Source of the DNA: Actinomycetota bacterium
Lineage (GTDB): Bacteria; Actinomycetota; CADDZG01; JAHWKV01
DNA length: 60,849 nucleotides
Reading direction: 5' to 3'
NCBI GenBank assembly: GCA_035536315.1
Contig: DATLOJ010000058.1
Location: 1-60,849, forward strand
The notes beneath the pieces are model-generated. The model searched no databases, was not told where the DNA came from, and was given only the letters and a program-made list of their open reading frames with translations. The position numbers and the translations under genes are program-made. The first letter of the stretch is position 1, and each line of letters starts with the position of its first letter. This document shows, in pieces, positions 47,253 to 55,611 of the stretch.

Positions 47253-47566
47253 GCCAGACCATGGCAGACCCTGCCGTCGCCGAAATGGTGACGACCCGCG
47301 ACCACATGCTTTCCGAAGCAGCAACCATCGATGAGCGGATCGTTGTCGCTCCGTGTGAAGGCAGATTCAGGTTTCTGCCAGCCGAGCACTTCACAGCGGA
47401 AGGTGAGTACGTCATCGAAGGACAGGTGATCGGAGTTGTCGTCTCGACAAACGGGAAGGAAGTCGACGTCGTCACCCCATTTTCCGGCTGGGTTATGGAT
47501 TTCATGATCAAAGACGGATGGCCGGTTGTACCTTCCGAGCCGATCCTTTGGCTTAGGCCTCTTTAG
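47249..47566 (+). CDS. Small biotinyl/lipoyl-like hybrid-barrel domain protein without canonical AMKM/DKA modification motif
   Basis: IVVAPCEGRFRF...EGEYVIEGQVIGVVVSTNGKEVDVVTPFSGWVMDFMIKDGWPVVPSEPILWL follows the BCCP C-domain pattern (v.aP..G.f ... G..V..Gq.l ... G.v....v..G..V..g..L). The ATGA overlaps fabD and the gene abuts the fabH GTG. Confidence 0.6.
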   Translation: MSQTMADPAVAEMVTTRDHMLSEAATIDERIVVAPCEGRFRFLPAEHFTAEGEYVIEGQVIGVVVSTNGKEVDVVTPFSGWVMDFMIKDGWPVVPSEPILWLRPL

Positions 47567-48586
47567 GTGCCAAGAGCAGCAACGATCACTGGCCTCGGGA
47601 AGTATCTGCCGAGCCGCGTTGTCTCCAACAAAGAGGTGGCGGCCTCGGCCGGCGTTGACGAAGACTGGATCGAGGTTCGGACTGGAATCCGTGAACGGCG
47701 CATGGCTCTTCCCAGTGAATCCTCGGCATCCCTTGGGGTGATTGCCGCGGCCGAGGCACTTGCGTCCTCACCAATCGAAGCCGCCGACCTTGATCTGATC
47801 ATCGCTGCGACCTGCACACCCGATCACGTCTTCCCATCCACCGCCTCTCTCATCCAGGCAGAAGTCGGTGCAAACGCAGCGGGAGCATTCGACCTCAACG
47901 CTGCGTGTTCCGGATTCGTTTACGCGCTGGCCCTGGCTTCAGCTCACATAAACGCTGGACTAGCCAACAACGTAATGGTGGTCGGCACCGAAGTCCTCTC
48001 GCGAATAACAAACCCCACCGACCCCGTGACTGCCCCCCTGTTTGGCGATGGCGCGGGTGCTGCCGTTCTCCAGGCAGGTGCGGCGTCGCCCATTAGCTTT
48101 GTCCTGGGATCCGACGGCAAAGGTGCAGATCATCTGATCGTTCCCGCCGGAGGATCCCGGCTCCCGGCTTCGGCAAGCACCTTGGACCGTGGACAGCATT
48201 TCATTCGAATGTCAGGCAGGGAGGTCTATAGAAGCGCAGTAAGGACGATGACGATGCTCGGCCAGGAGCTCGATGCCGCTGGCTGCGATCTTTTGATCGG
48301 ACACCAGGCCAACAGCAGGATCCTCGAAGAGTGCGCCACGCAGCTCGGACTTCCTGCGGACAAGGTTTTCATGAACATCGACCACTGCGGTAACACGTCC
48401 AGCGCGTCCATCCCAATTGCGATGCACGAAGCTTGGACGGCGGGAAGGCTTAGAGAGGGGAACAAGCTGGTCCTGGTTGCCTTCGGAGCGGGATACAGCT
48501 GGGCGGGGGCGTCTCTGACCTGGACGATGCAGGACTCGCAGCAGCCAGCCATCGAAAGCCTGGATCTCGCCGGAGTTTCGTCGTGA
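47567..48586 (+). CDS. fabH: 3-oxoacyl-ACP synthase III
   Basis: EDWIEVRTGIRERR, NAACSGFVYAL (Cys), GHQANSRI (His), CGNTSSASIP (Asn). Confidence 0.92.
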   Translation: MPRAATITGLGKYLPSRVVSNKEVAASAGVDEDWIEVRTGIRERRMALPSESSASLGVIAAAEALASSPIEAADLDLIIAATCTPDHVFPSTASLIQAEVGANAAGAFDLNAACSGFVYALALASAHINAGLANNVMVVGTEVLSRITNPTDPVTAPLFGDGAGAAVLQAGAASPISFVLGSDGKGADHLIVPAGGSRLPASASTLDRGQHFIRMSGREVYRSAVRTMTMLGQELDAAGCDLLIGHQANSRILEECATQLGLPADKVFMNIDHCGNTSSASIPIAMHEAWTAGRLREGNKLVLVAFGAGYSWAGASLTWTMQDSQQPAIESLDLAGVSS

Positions 48587-49308
48587 CCATTCCCGAACAG
48601 GCGGCCGCCCTCGTGACCGGCGCAAGCAGAGGCATTGGAGCCGAGTGCGCCAAGGCGCTGGCCAACAAGGGGCTCCCCGTCGCTATCGGTTACCTGAGCG
48701 ATAAAGACGGAGCACTGGAGACGCAGGCACAGTGTCCCGGCTCCATCGTCGTAAATATCGACGTACGGGACTCCGAAAGCGTGAGCGCAGCCTTCGATGA
48801 AGTCGTTCACGAATTGGGACCGGTTCTCATCCTCGTAAACAACGCGGGCATAACGCGCGACCGGGTGCTGATCCGAATGAAGCTTCAAGATTGGGATGAC
48901 GTCATCAACACTGATCTCACCGGAGTCTTCCGATGCACTCACATCGCCCTTCCGGGGATGCTGGCGGCGCGGTGGGGCCGGGTGGTTTCGACCGGGTCGA
49001 TCGTAGGAAGCACCGGAAACCCCGGGCAAACCAACTATGCCGCCGCCAAAGCCGGGCTCATCGGATTCTCAAAATCGCTCGCGCGTGAAGTGGGGCGTCA
49101 CGGCGTAACCGTGAACGTCGTTGCGCCGGGACTTGTCGAGACCGAACTGACGTTGTCACTTTCAGAGGCTGCGAAGGGAGAGATGCTGAAGAAGACATCG
49201 ACGGGAAGAGCTTCGAGTCCGAGTGAAGTCGCAGAAGCGGTCGGATTCTGTGTCGAGTCTGCAAATCTGACTGGACAGGTAATTCACGTAGATGGAGGCA
49301 TGAACTAG
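48583..49308 (+). CDS. fabG: 3-oxoacyl-ACP reductase
   Basis: TGASRGIGAECA, NNAGIT, and YAAAKAG (Y-x3-K). The GTGA overlaps fabH. Confidence 0.9.
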   Translation: MTIPEQAAALVTGASRGIGAECAKALANKGLPVAIGYLSDKDGALETQAQCPGSIVVNIDVRDSESVSAAFDEVVHELGPVLILVNNAGITRDRVLIRMKLQDWDDVINTDLTGVFRCTHIALPGMLAARWGRVVSTGSIVGSTGNPGQTNYAAAKAGLIGFSKSLAREVGRHGVTVNVVAPGLVETELTLSLSEAAKGEMLKKTSTGRASSPSEVAEAVGFCVESANLTGQVIHVDGGMN

Positions 49309-49361
49309 CGCGGAGAGTCTTGCAGTCAACCAAAAAGGAAAGAAAACAGGAGGAAAACAAA

Positions 49362-49613
49362 ATGGCAAAGGAACAGATTTTCGAAGCGTTGAAAGAGGTA
49401 CTGAGCGTGAGGCTTCGCGTTCAGGAGGACCTGATCAAGCCAGAAGCGACGCTCGCAGAGGATCTTGGGCTCGACTCAATCGACATGATGACCGCGGTTA
49501 TGGCCATCGAGGAGAAGTTCGGCATCGAGGTATCCGACTCCGAGGTAGAAACGATCGTGACTTTGAACGACGCTGTTGAGCTCCTTGCTGCAAAGGCGCC
49601 TGCCGGTGTCTGA
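49362..49613 (+). CDS. acpP: Acyl carrier protein
   Basis: LAEDLGLDSIDMMTAVMAIEEKFG carries the DSxD phosphopantetheine Ser. AGGAGG lies upstream of the ATG at 49362. Confidence 0.92.
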   Translation: MAKEQIFEALKEVLSVRLRVQEDLIKPEATLAEDLGLDSIDMMTAVMAIEEKFGIEVSDSEVETIVTLNDAVELLAAKAPAGV

Positions 49614-50844
49614 CAAAAAACGCATCGCAGTCACCGGCATTGGCCCCGTCACTCCGATTGGAACCGGGGTCGAAGCGTTCTGGGAGTCACTGGAGTCGGG
49701 CCGCTCGGGGGTCGGGAAGCTAACGAGGTTCGACTCTTCGGACTTCCCGGTCAAGGTCGCGGCCGAACTCGACTCGTTCGACATCCACGATTACCTGGAT
49801 CCGCGCAGGGCCAGGCGGCTCGAGAGATTCTCCCAGTACGCCTTTGCGGCGGCGAAGCTCGCTCTCGACGATGCGGGAATGAAGGTTTCAGACCCGGATC
49901 CGGCACGAGTTGGGATCGTCGTTGGAACCGGCATCGGGGGCATCGCGCTGTTCGAAGAAGAGCACCGGCTGATGATGGAACGCGGGCCTCGCTTCGTTAG
50001 CCCAGAGTTGATCGCAATGATGATTCCTAACGCAGCAGCGGGTGCGCTTGCGATCGAGCTCGGCTTCACCGGCCCGAACGAATGCACCGTGACGGCCTGT
50101 GCTTCCAGCGGAAACGCGATTGCCCGTGCCGTCGACCTCATTCGGTCGGGGGCCGCCGACGTGGTCCTTGCAGGTGGAGCGGAAGCTGCAATCACTCCCC
50201 TGTCGCTTGCATCCTTCTGCTCGGCCCGCGCGCTCTCGACCCATTTCAACGATGAGCCGGAACGTGCATCGAGGCCGTTCGACTCCGAGCGCGACGGATT
50301 CGTCTTCGGCGAGGGTGCCACCATTCTCGTCATGGAGTCCTTCGAGCATGCGCAGGCCAGGGGCGCCACAGTCATCGCCGAAGTGCTGGGGTATGGACTT
50401 TCGTCCGATGCGTACCACGTGGTAGCCCCGCACCCTGAGGGGGCCGGAGCTACCGCAGCAATGACGTCGGCCCTGCGTGACTCAGATCTGATGGCTTCAG
50501 AGATCGGCTACATCAACGCGCACGGAACCTCGACACCCCTCGGCGACATCTCGGAGACGAAAGCCATCCGAAAGGTCTTCGGAGACACTCCCCCACCGGT
50601 CTCGTCTACGAAGTCCATGACCGGCCATCTTCTTGGAGCGGCCGGGTCAACGGAGGTGGCCGCAACAGTGCTCGCCATGAACCATCAGGTGTTGCCCCCG
50701 ACTATCAACTACGAGACCCCCGACCCCGACTGCGATCTTGATGTCGTGCCCAACCAATCCCGGCCCGGCAAGTTCAACATCGCCCTTTCCAACTCCTTTG
50801 GGTTCGGTGGGCATAACGCATCGATAGTCGTCGCGGCCGTTTGA
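49606..50844 (+). CDS. fabF: 3-oxoacyl-ACP synthase II
   Basis: RIAVTGIGPVTPIG, active-site TVTACASSG (Cys), INAHGTSTP and GHLLGAAG (His, His). The GTG at 49606 overlaps the acpP end. Confidence 0.92.
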   Translation: MSDKKRIAVTGIGPVTPIGTGVEAFWESLESGRSGVGKLTRFDSSDFPVKVAAELDSFDIHDYLDPRRARRLERFSQYAFAAAKLALDDAGMKVSDPDPARVGIVVGTGIGGIALFEEEHRLMMERGPRFVSPELIAMMIPNAAAGALAIELGFTGPNECTVTACASSGNAIARAVDLIRSGAADVVLAGGAEAAITPLSLASFCSARALSTHFNDEPERASRPFDSERDGFVFGEGATILVMESFEHAQARGATVIAEVLGYGLSSDAYHVVAPHPEGAGATAAMTSALRDSDLMASEIGYINAHGTSTPLGDISETKAIRKVFGDTPPPVSSTKSMTGHLLGAAGSTEVAATVLAMNHQVLPPTINYETPDPDCDLDVVPNQSRPGKFNIALSNSFGFGGHNASIVVAAV

Positions 50845-51581
50845 TGGGCCGCTTCGAGGGCAAGGTCGTTGCAATCACCGGAGGATCGAAGGGGATCGGC
50901 CGGGCAATAGCCCTCCGCCTTTCGTCAGAGGGGGCCTCCATCGCATTCTCCTGGTTCCGAGATGGAAAAGCCGCGGAGAAGATGCAGATCGAGCTGGAGG
51001 AGCGGGGAGTGCGGGCCGTCGCAGTTCAGGCGTTTCTGGGTGATGAGGATGCTCCGGCAAGGTTCATCGACTCGGCGCGGGCCGAGCTCGGTGAGCCGTC
51101 CATTCTCGTTTCAAATGCCGCCACGGGAGTCCAACGACCGCTCATGAAAATCAAGAAATCCCATTTGGACTGGACGATGGAAACCAATGTCAACGCACTG
51201 CTTCGCTTGGTCCAGGCGGGAGCGGCGTGGGAGTCCATCCTTGCCCTCTCCAGCATGGGTTCTTCCCGAGTGATTCCCAACTACGGTGTTGTCGGAGCCT
51301 CGAAGAGTGCCATCGAAACCTTGATCCGCTACCTGGCCTTCGAGCTTGCTCCGGGCTGCAGAGCGAACACGATTGTTGCAGGGGCAGTCGACACCGACTC
51401 ACTTCGGAAGTTCCCGGCGGCAGAAGCCATCCTCTCAGAAGCCAAAGTAAAAACTCCCGCTGGCCGCGTTGTGCAGCCCGAAGACGTCGCGTCGGTTGCC
51501 GCTTTCCTTCTCTCTGAGGACGCGAGCATGATCACGGGTCAGACGGTAGTGGTCGACGGCGGTTACTCGCTCGTCAGTTAG
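50844..51581 (+). CDS. fabL: SDR, FabL-type enoyl-ACP reductase candidate
   Basis: ITGGSKGIGRAIA and SSMGSSRVIPNYGVVGASKSAIETLIRYLAFEL with Y-x6-K spacing (fabG has Y-x3-K). Last gene of the fab operon; TGATG overlap with fabF. Confidence 0.68.
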   Translation: MGRFEGKVVAITGGSKGIGRAIALRLSSEGASIAFSWFRDGKAAEKMQIELEERGVRAVAVQAFLGDEDAPARFIDSARAELGEPSILVSNAATGVQRPLMKIKKSHLDWTMETNVNALLRLVQAGAAWESILALSSMGSSRVIPNYGVVGASKSAIETLIRYLAFELAPGCRANTIVAGAVDTDSLRKFPAAEAILSEAKVKTPAGRVVQPEDVASVAAFLLSEDASMITGQTVVVDGGYSLVS

Positions 51582-51600
51582 CCGTTAACTCTTCAGAAGA

Positions 51601-53058
51601 TTAGCGGCGGTGCTGGGGCCCCCGGCGTGCCGGCCTTCGCCCAGATCGCCGAGATGAGCTGTGCCGCGGCTTGTAAGAGACGACTCTGAAGGCAACCTCG
51701 GTTAGAGGGTCCCGCAGGAAAACGCCTAGAGCAATCAAGACCAGGGCCGTAAAGGCCGTGGGCCAGACCGGTACGGGACCCGTGGCCGGCATCGTCCTAC
51801 CGGCAAGGCGAGCCGGCCGCGTGACGGCGGGGGCGACTACCGTGACGGGTGCAGTCGGGCCACCGGCAACCGGGTAACCGCCCTGGGCAGTGCCTCCGAC
51901 ATTGTTCAGGTACTCGCCGGGAACGCCCGAGACATTTACGTCGAAATGAAGGCTCACGCTCCCGCCACCGGGCACATCAAAAGGTCCGTTCCAAACATGC
52001 TGTTGCCCGGTGATTACCGGATCTGCAGTCGTTACCCCCGTGGTGGTTCCAGCCCTGTAGACGAACCCGTCGGGAAGAGCGTCCTCGATGGTGTTCAAAG
52101 TCACGGTTTCGCCATTGGGATTCGAGATCGTGATCGTGTATCCGTTGATCGCGCTCGGAGAAGACGTGGCGCTGTCCGCGGTCTTGGTGGCAGGCAGTGC
52201 CATCCGGCCGATGGGCGAGAAACGTGTGAGGTGCGAGAAAGTTCGAGTCGCCGAGGGATCGATGCTAGCCGACCAGCTGATACCGGCCCCATTGTCCTGC
52301 TCCTGCTCGCACTCACAGGTGTTGGGGAATGCAGTGTGTCCCCCGATCCACTGCCACACCTCGGAGTAGCGAGCCTGGTAGAAGGACGAGCCTGAAGTTA
52401 GGGGCACCCACTCCTCGATGCGGCTATCCGGGACGTTATTGGGGTTGACCGAGCATCCGATGGAGTCTTCCGCAGCATTTCGGAAGCCGAACCCAACATC
52501 AGACCCGGCCAGGAAGCAGTCTCCCGCTCTGTACATGATCAAGTCGGTGACCGTCGTGGTCGTGTTCTCCATGGCGACGTCGGTACGGTAGACCTCCTGC
52601 CCGACAATGTAGCTGTCGGTCTCGGTGATTCGGATTCCCGTCGTTCCGACGTCGACCACAGTCACTACACGGAATGGATTGGCCGCGGTTCCGGCCCCCG
52701 TCACACCTGACTGGCTGACGGGGGTGAAGACGGTTCGGGCACCGAGGCTCCCAGTAGCCGTTGAATCCAGGTTCGCGAAGTCCGGTGAGTACAGCTGGTC
52801 GGCTATGACGACGAAGGTTCCGCAGTCGGCGGGTTCCGTTCCGGGAGAGTAGAACTGGTGCGTCGAGTCCTGGACGTGGTGAACCTGGCATCCGAGAGAG
52901 TTGCCGATGTAAATATGGGACAACGGCCCCGACGATTCGATGATCGCGTGCGGGACGGCAGCGCCGACGAGGGACGGGTTGGCGACTACCAGTAGGAGGG
53001 TAACCGCCAGCAGGGCAGCAGTCCTCACGAAGACGGCAGCCGGCAGTTTCTTAACCAT
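51601..53058 (-). CDS. Secreted surface protein with DUF11-like fold and C-terminal anchor-like segment
   Basis: Signal peptide MVKKLPAAVFVRTAALLAVTLLLVVA. TITISNPNGETVTLNTIEDALPDGFVY...VSLHFDVNV resembles the DUF11 'conserved repeat domain'. C-terminus is MPATG + hydrophobic helix + an Arg-rich tail of about 40 aa. Confidence 0.7.
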   Translation of the reverse strand: MVKKLPAAVFVRTAALLAVTLLLVVANPSLVGAAVPHAIIESSGPLSHIYIGNSLGCQVHHVQDSTHQFYSPGTEPADCGTFVVIADQLYSPDFANLDSTATGSLGARTVFTPVSQSGVTGAGTAANPFRVVTVVDVGTTGIRITETDSYIVGQEVYRTDVAMENTTTTVTDLIMYRAGDCFLAGSDVGFGFRNAAEDSIGCSVNPNNVPDSRIEEWVPLTSGSSFYQARYSEVWQWIGGHTAFPNTCECEQEQDNGAGISWSASIDPSATRTFSHLTRFSPIGRMALPATKTADSATSSPSAINGYTITISNPNGETVTLNTIEDALPDGFVYRAGTTTGVTTADPVITGQQHVWNGPFDVPGGGSVSLHFDVNVSGVPGEYLNNVGGTAQGGYPVAGGPTAPVTVVAPAVTRPARLAGRTMPATGPVPVWPTAFTALVLIALGVFLRDPLTEVAFRVVSYKPRHSSSRRSGRRPARRGPQHRR

Positions 53059-53143
53059 TGAATGGATCCCTTCGCTCCCCGGGCTTGGACCGCAGGAGAA
53101 TACTCGAAAACTCTGCCGACGCGGCGAATTGTCTCGAATTCTC

Positions 53144-53306
53144 AGTGCTCCGTCAGGTGACGTTGGTGATGTTAGGGCGGATGCAGGGGTTTCGTCAGGC
53201 AAGCCGCAGGGAGCCCGCATACCAAAAGGTATGTGGGCGACCGAGAACGCAGCATGGCGGAAGCCTGCGCCGCACCAACGCGGCGAACGTCGCCTGACGG
53301 AGCACT
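53144..53306 (+). repeat. 21-bp inverted repeat enclosing about 120 nt in the typA upstream region (structured leader RNA or MITE-like element)
   Basis: AGTGCTCCGTCAGGTGACGTT (53144-53164) pairs with AACGTCGCCTGACGGAGCACT (53286-53306). 20 Watson-Crick pairs plus one U-G, which is a wobble only in the plus-strand transcript. An internal hairpin CCGCATACC-AAAA-GGTATGTGG is present. Confidence 0.6.
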
Positions 53307-53328
53307 AGCCAGCGGCTAACCTGCCTGT

Positions 53329-55161
53329 ATGACAGGTAACCGCAGGGCCAGAAACGACGTCAGGAACGTGGCGATCATCGCCCACGTGGACCATGGGAAA
53401 ACGACCCTGGTCGACGCGATGCTCCGCCAGTCCGGGGTCTACCGGGAAAACCAGCAAGTTGTCGACAGGGTCATGGATTCCATGGATCAGGAGCGCGAAC
53501 GAGGCATAACGATCCTTGCCAAGCAGACCGCGGTCCGATTCGACGACATTCAGATAAACATCTGCGACACCCCCGGGCATGCCGATTTCGGAGGAGAGGT
53601 GGAGCGAACACTTCTGATGGTGGATTCGGCCCTCCTTCTGGTCGACGCCAGCGAAGGTCCCCTCCCACAGACCCGCTATGTGCTTCGCAAGGCCCTTGCC
53701 CGGAACCTGCCCGTCATCCCAGTTATCAACAAGATCGACCGGCCCGACGCGCGCATCTCGGAGGTGCTCAACGAGGTCTACGACCTTCTCATCGACCTCG
53801 ATGCAAACGAGGCCCAGATCGAGCTGCCGGTTGTCTATACGAATGCGAGGCTGGGGACCGCGACGCTCGACATCGACGCGCCGGGATCCGACCTTCGTCC
53901 GCTATTCGAGGTCATCTCGCAGGTGACTCCACCACCTGTCTACGAAGTGGACACCCCTTTTCAGTTTCTCGTGACTAACCTCGCAGCGGACTCCTATGTG
54001 GGAAGGCTGGCCGTCGGTCGCGTTTGGAACGGCTCAGCGAAGACCGGCGATACAGTCACAATCTGCAAGCGTGACGGCACTCTCGAGAGCGCGCGCATTA
54101 CGAAGATGCTTGCTCACACAGGGCTTGCCTACGACGAGATCGAGTCGGTGGGTCCCGGAGACATCTGCTCCATCGCGGGCCTCGGCGACGTAACGATCGG
54201 CGAGACGGTAGCCGACGCCGCAGACCCTCGGGCCCTTCCGGTCATGGAGATCGACGAGCCCACCCTGCGCATGACATTCGGAGTCAACACCTCTCCGTTG
54301 TCGGGCCGCGAAGGGAAGTTCGTGACCAGCAGGCACCTTCAGGCAAGACTCGACCGCGAAATCCTCGGCAACGTATCGATAAGGGTGATTCCTACCGACT
54401 CACCCGAGGTCATCGAAGTTAGGGGAAGAGGTGAGCTTCAGCTCGCGATCCTGATCGAGTCGATGCGACGCGAGGGGTACGAGCTGGAAGTGTCGAAGCC
54501 AGAGGTGATTACAAAGACAATCGATGGCAAGTTGCACGAGCCGATGGAGGACGTGGTTTTAGATCTGCCCGAACAGTTTTTTGGGGTGGTAAGTCAGTCC
54601 TTGGCACTGCGGAAGGGCAGGCTCACCAACATGGTCAATCACGGAAGTGGCTGGCTGCGAGCGGAGTTTCGCATCCCCGCCCGGGGTCTGATCGGATTCC
54701 GATCGGAGATGCTCACAGAAACTCGTGGGACCGCAATCATCCATAGCGTCTTTGCAGGGTATGCCCCGTGGGCCGGAGATGTCACCCACAGGATCACCGG
54801 AGTGCTGGTTGCCGACCGGCTGGGGAAAACGACCTCTTACGCTTTGTATGACCTGCAAGAGCGCGGGGAGCTCTTCGTTGGCCCCGGCGTCGAGGTTTAC
54901 GAGGGGATGATCGTCGGTGAGAACGCCCGAACGGAAGACATGAACGTCAACCCCACTAAAGAGAAGAAAAAGACGAACATTCGAACGCACGCGGCCGACG
55001 AAGCTTTGAGACTCGTCCCGTTTCGAATCATGTCCCTCGAGCAGTCCCTCGAGTTCATAGCAGCGGATGAGCTCGTCGAGATAACGCCCCAGAACATTCG
55101 ACTGAGAAAGAGGGAGCTCGACCAGCGAAAGAGATTAAGAGCTGCTCATCGATCTGGATAG
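53329..55161 (+). CDS. typA: Translational GTPase TypA/BipA
   Basis: [37 protein letters not shown], and a BipA-specific C-terminal region. Confidence 0.95.
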   Translation: MTGNRRARNDVRNVAIIAHVDHGKTTLVDAMLRQSGVYRENQQVVDRVMDSMDQERERGITILAKQTAVRFDDIQINICDTPGHADFGGEVERTLLMVDSALLLVDASEGPLPQTRYVLRKALARNLPVIPVINKIDRPDARISEVLNEVYDLLIDLDANEAQIELPVVYTNARLGTATLDIDAPGSDLRPLFEVISQVTPPPVYEVDTPFQFLVTNLAADSYVGRLAVGRVWNGSAKTGDTVTICKRDGTLESARITKMLAHTGLAYDEIESVGPGDICSIAGLGDVTIGETVADAADPRALPVMEIDEPTLRMTFGVNTSPLSGREGKFVTSRHLQARLDREILGNVSIRVIPTDSPEVIEVRGRGELQLAILIESMRREGYELEVSKPEVITKTIDGKLHEPMEDVVLDLPEQFFGVVSQSLALRKGRLTNMVNHGSGWLRAEFRIPARGLIGFRSEMLTETRGTAIIHSVFAGYAPWAGDVTHRITGVLVADRLGKTTSYALYDLQERGELFVGPGVEVYEGMIVGENARTEDMNVNPTKEKKKTNIRTHAADEALRLVPFRIMSLEQSLEFIAADELVEITPQNIRLRKRELDQRKRLRAAHRSG

Positions 55162-55611
55162 CTGAGCTCTTGCCTGGCTCTGCACCTTCGACCTGACAAT
55201 GGGCGTCCACCCGAGCAGGATGCCAACCGGCCCCAGTGCCATCCTCGACCACTTGTAAAAGTCGAAGGTGTCGGTGTGCTTGATGATCTTTCCATCCTCG
55301 AACTCGAACGCCGACCGGATTCGGTTGTGGACGTTGCGCCCTCCGGGGGGGAATGAGTAGCGAGCCTCCCAGCTTGCCGAACCGGAACTCTCCGTTGTTT
55401 CTAGCTCGCCGTACTCAACCTGCAGGTCCGAGCCCGGCCGGCAGAACATCTTCCACATCGCCCCGGCTTCGTCCGCGCTCAGTTTCGGAAATACCGGATC
55501 GCTGAAGACGGCGTCGGGGTGATAGCAGCTCGCCATCGCATCCCCGTCCCCCTTTTTGAAGGATGAGAAAAACGTCTCGATCAGGTCCTTGTTTTGCTCA
55601 GCCTGTGACAT
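55135..55611 (-). CDS. SnoaL-like / NTF2-fold (ketosteroid-isomerase-like) protein
   Basis: [35 protein letters not shown] is a typical SnoaL_2 N-terminus. Confidence 0.75.
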   Translation of the reverse strand: MSQAEQNKDLIETFFSSFKKGDGDAMASCYHPDAVFSDPVFPKLSADEAGAMWKMFCRPGSDLQVEYGELETTESSGSASWEARYSFPPGGRNVHNRIRSAFEFEDGKIIKHTDTFDFYKWSRMALGPVGILLGWTPIVRSKVQSQARAQLSRSMSSS

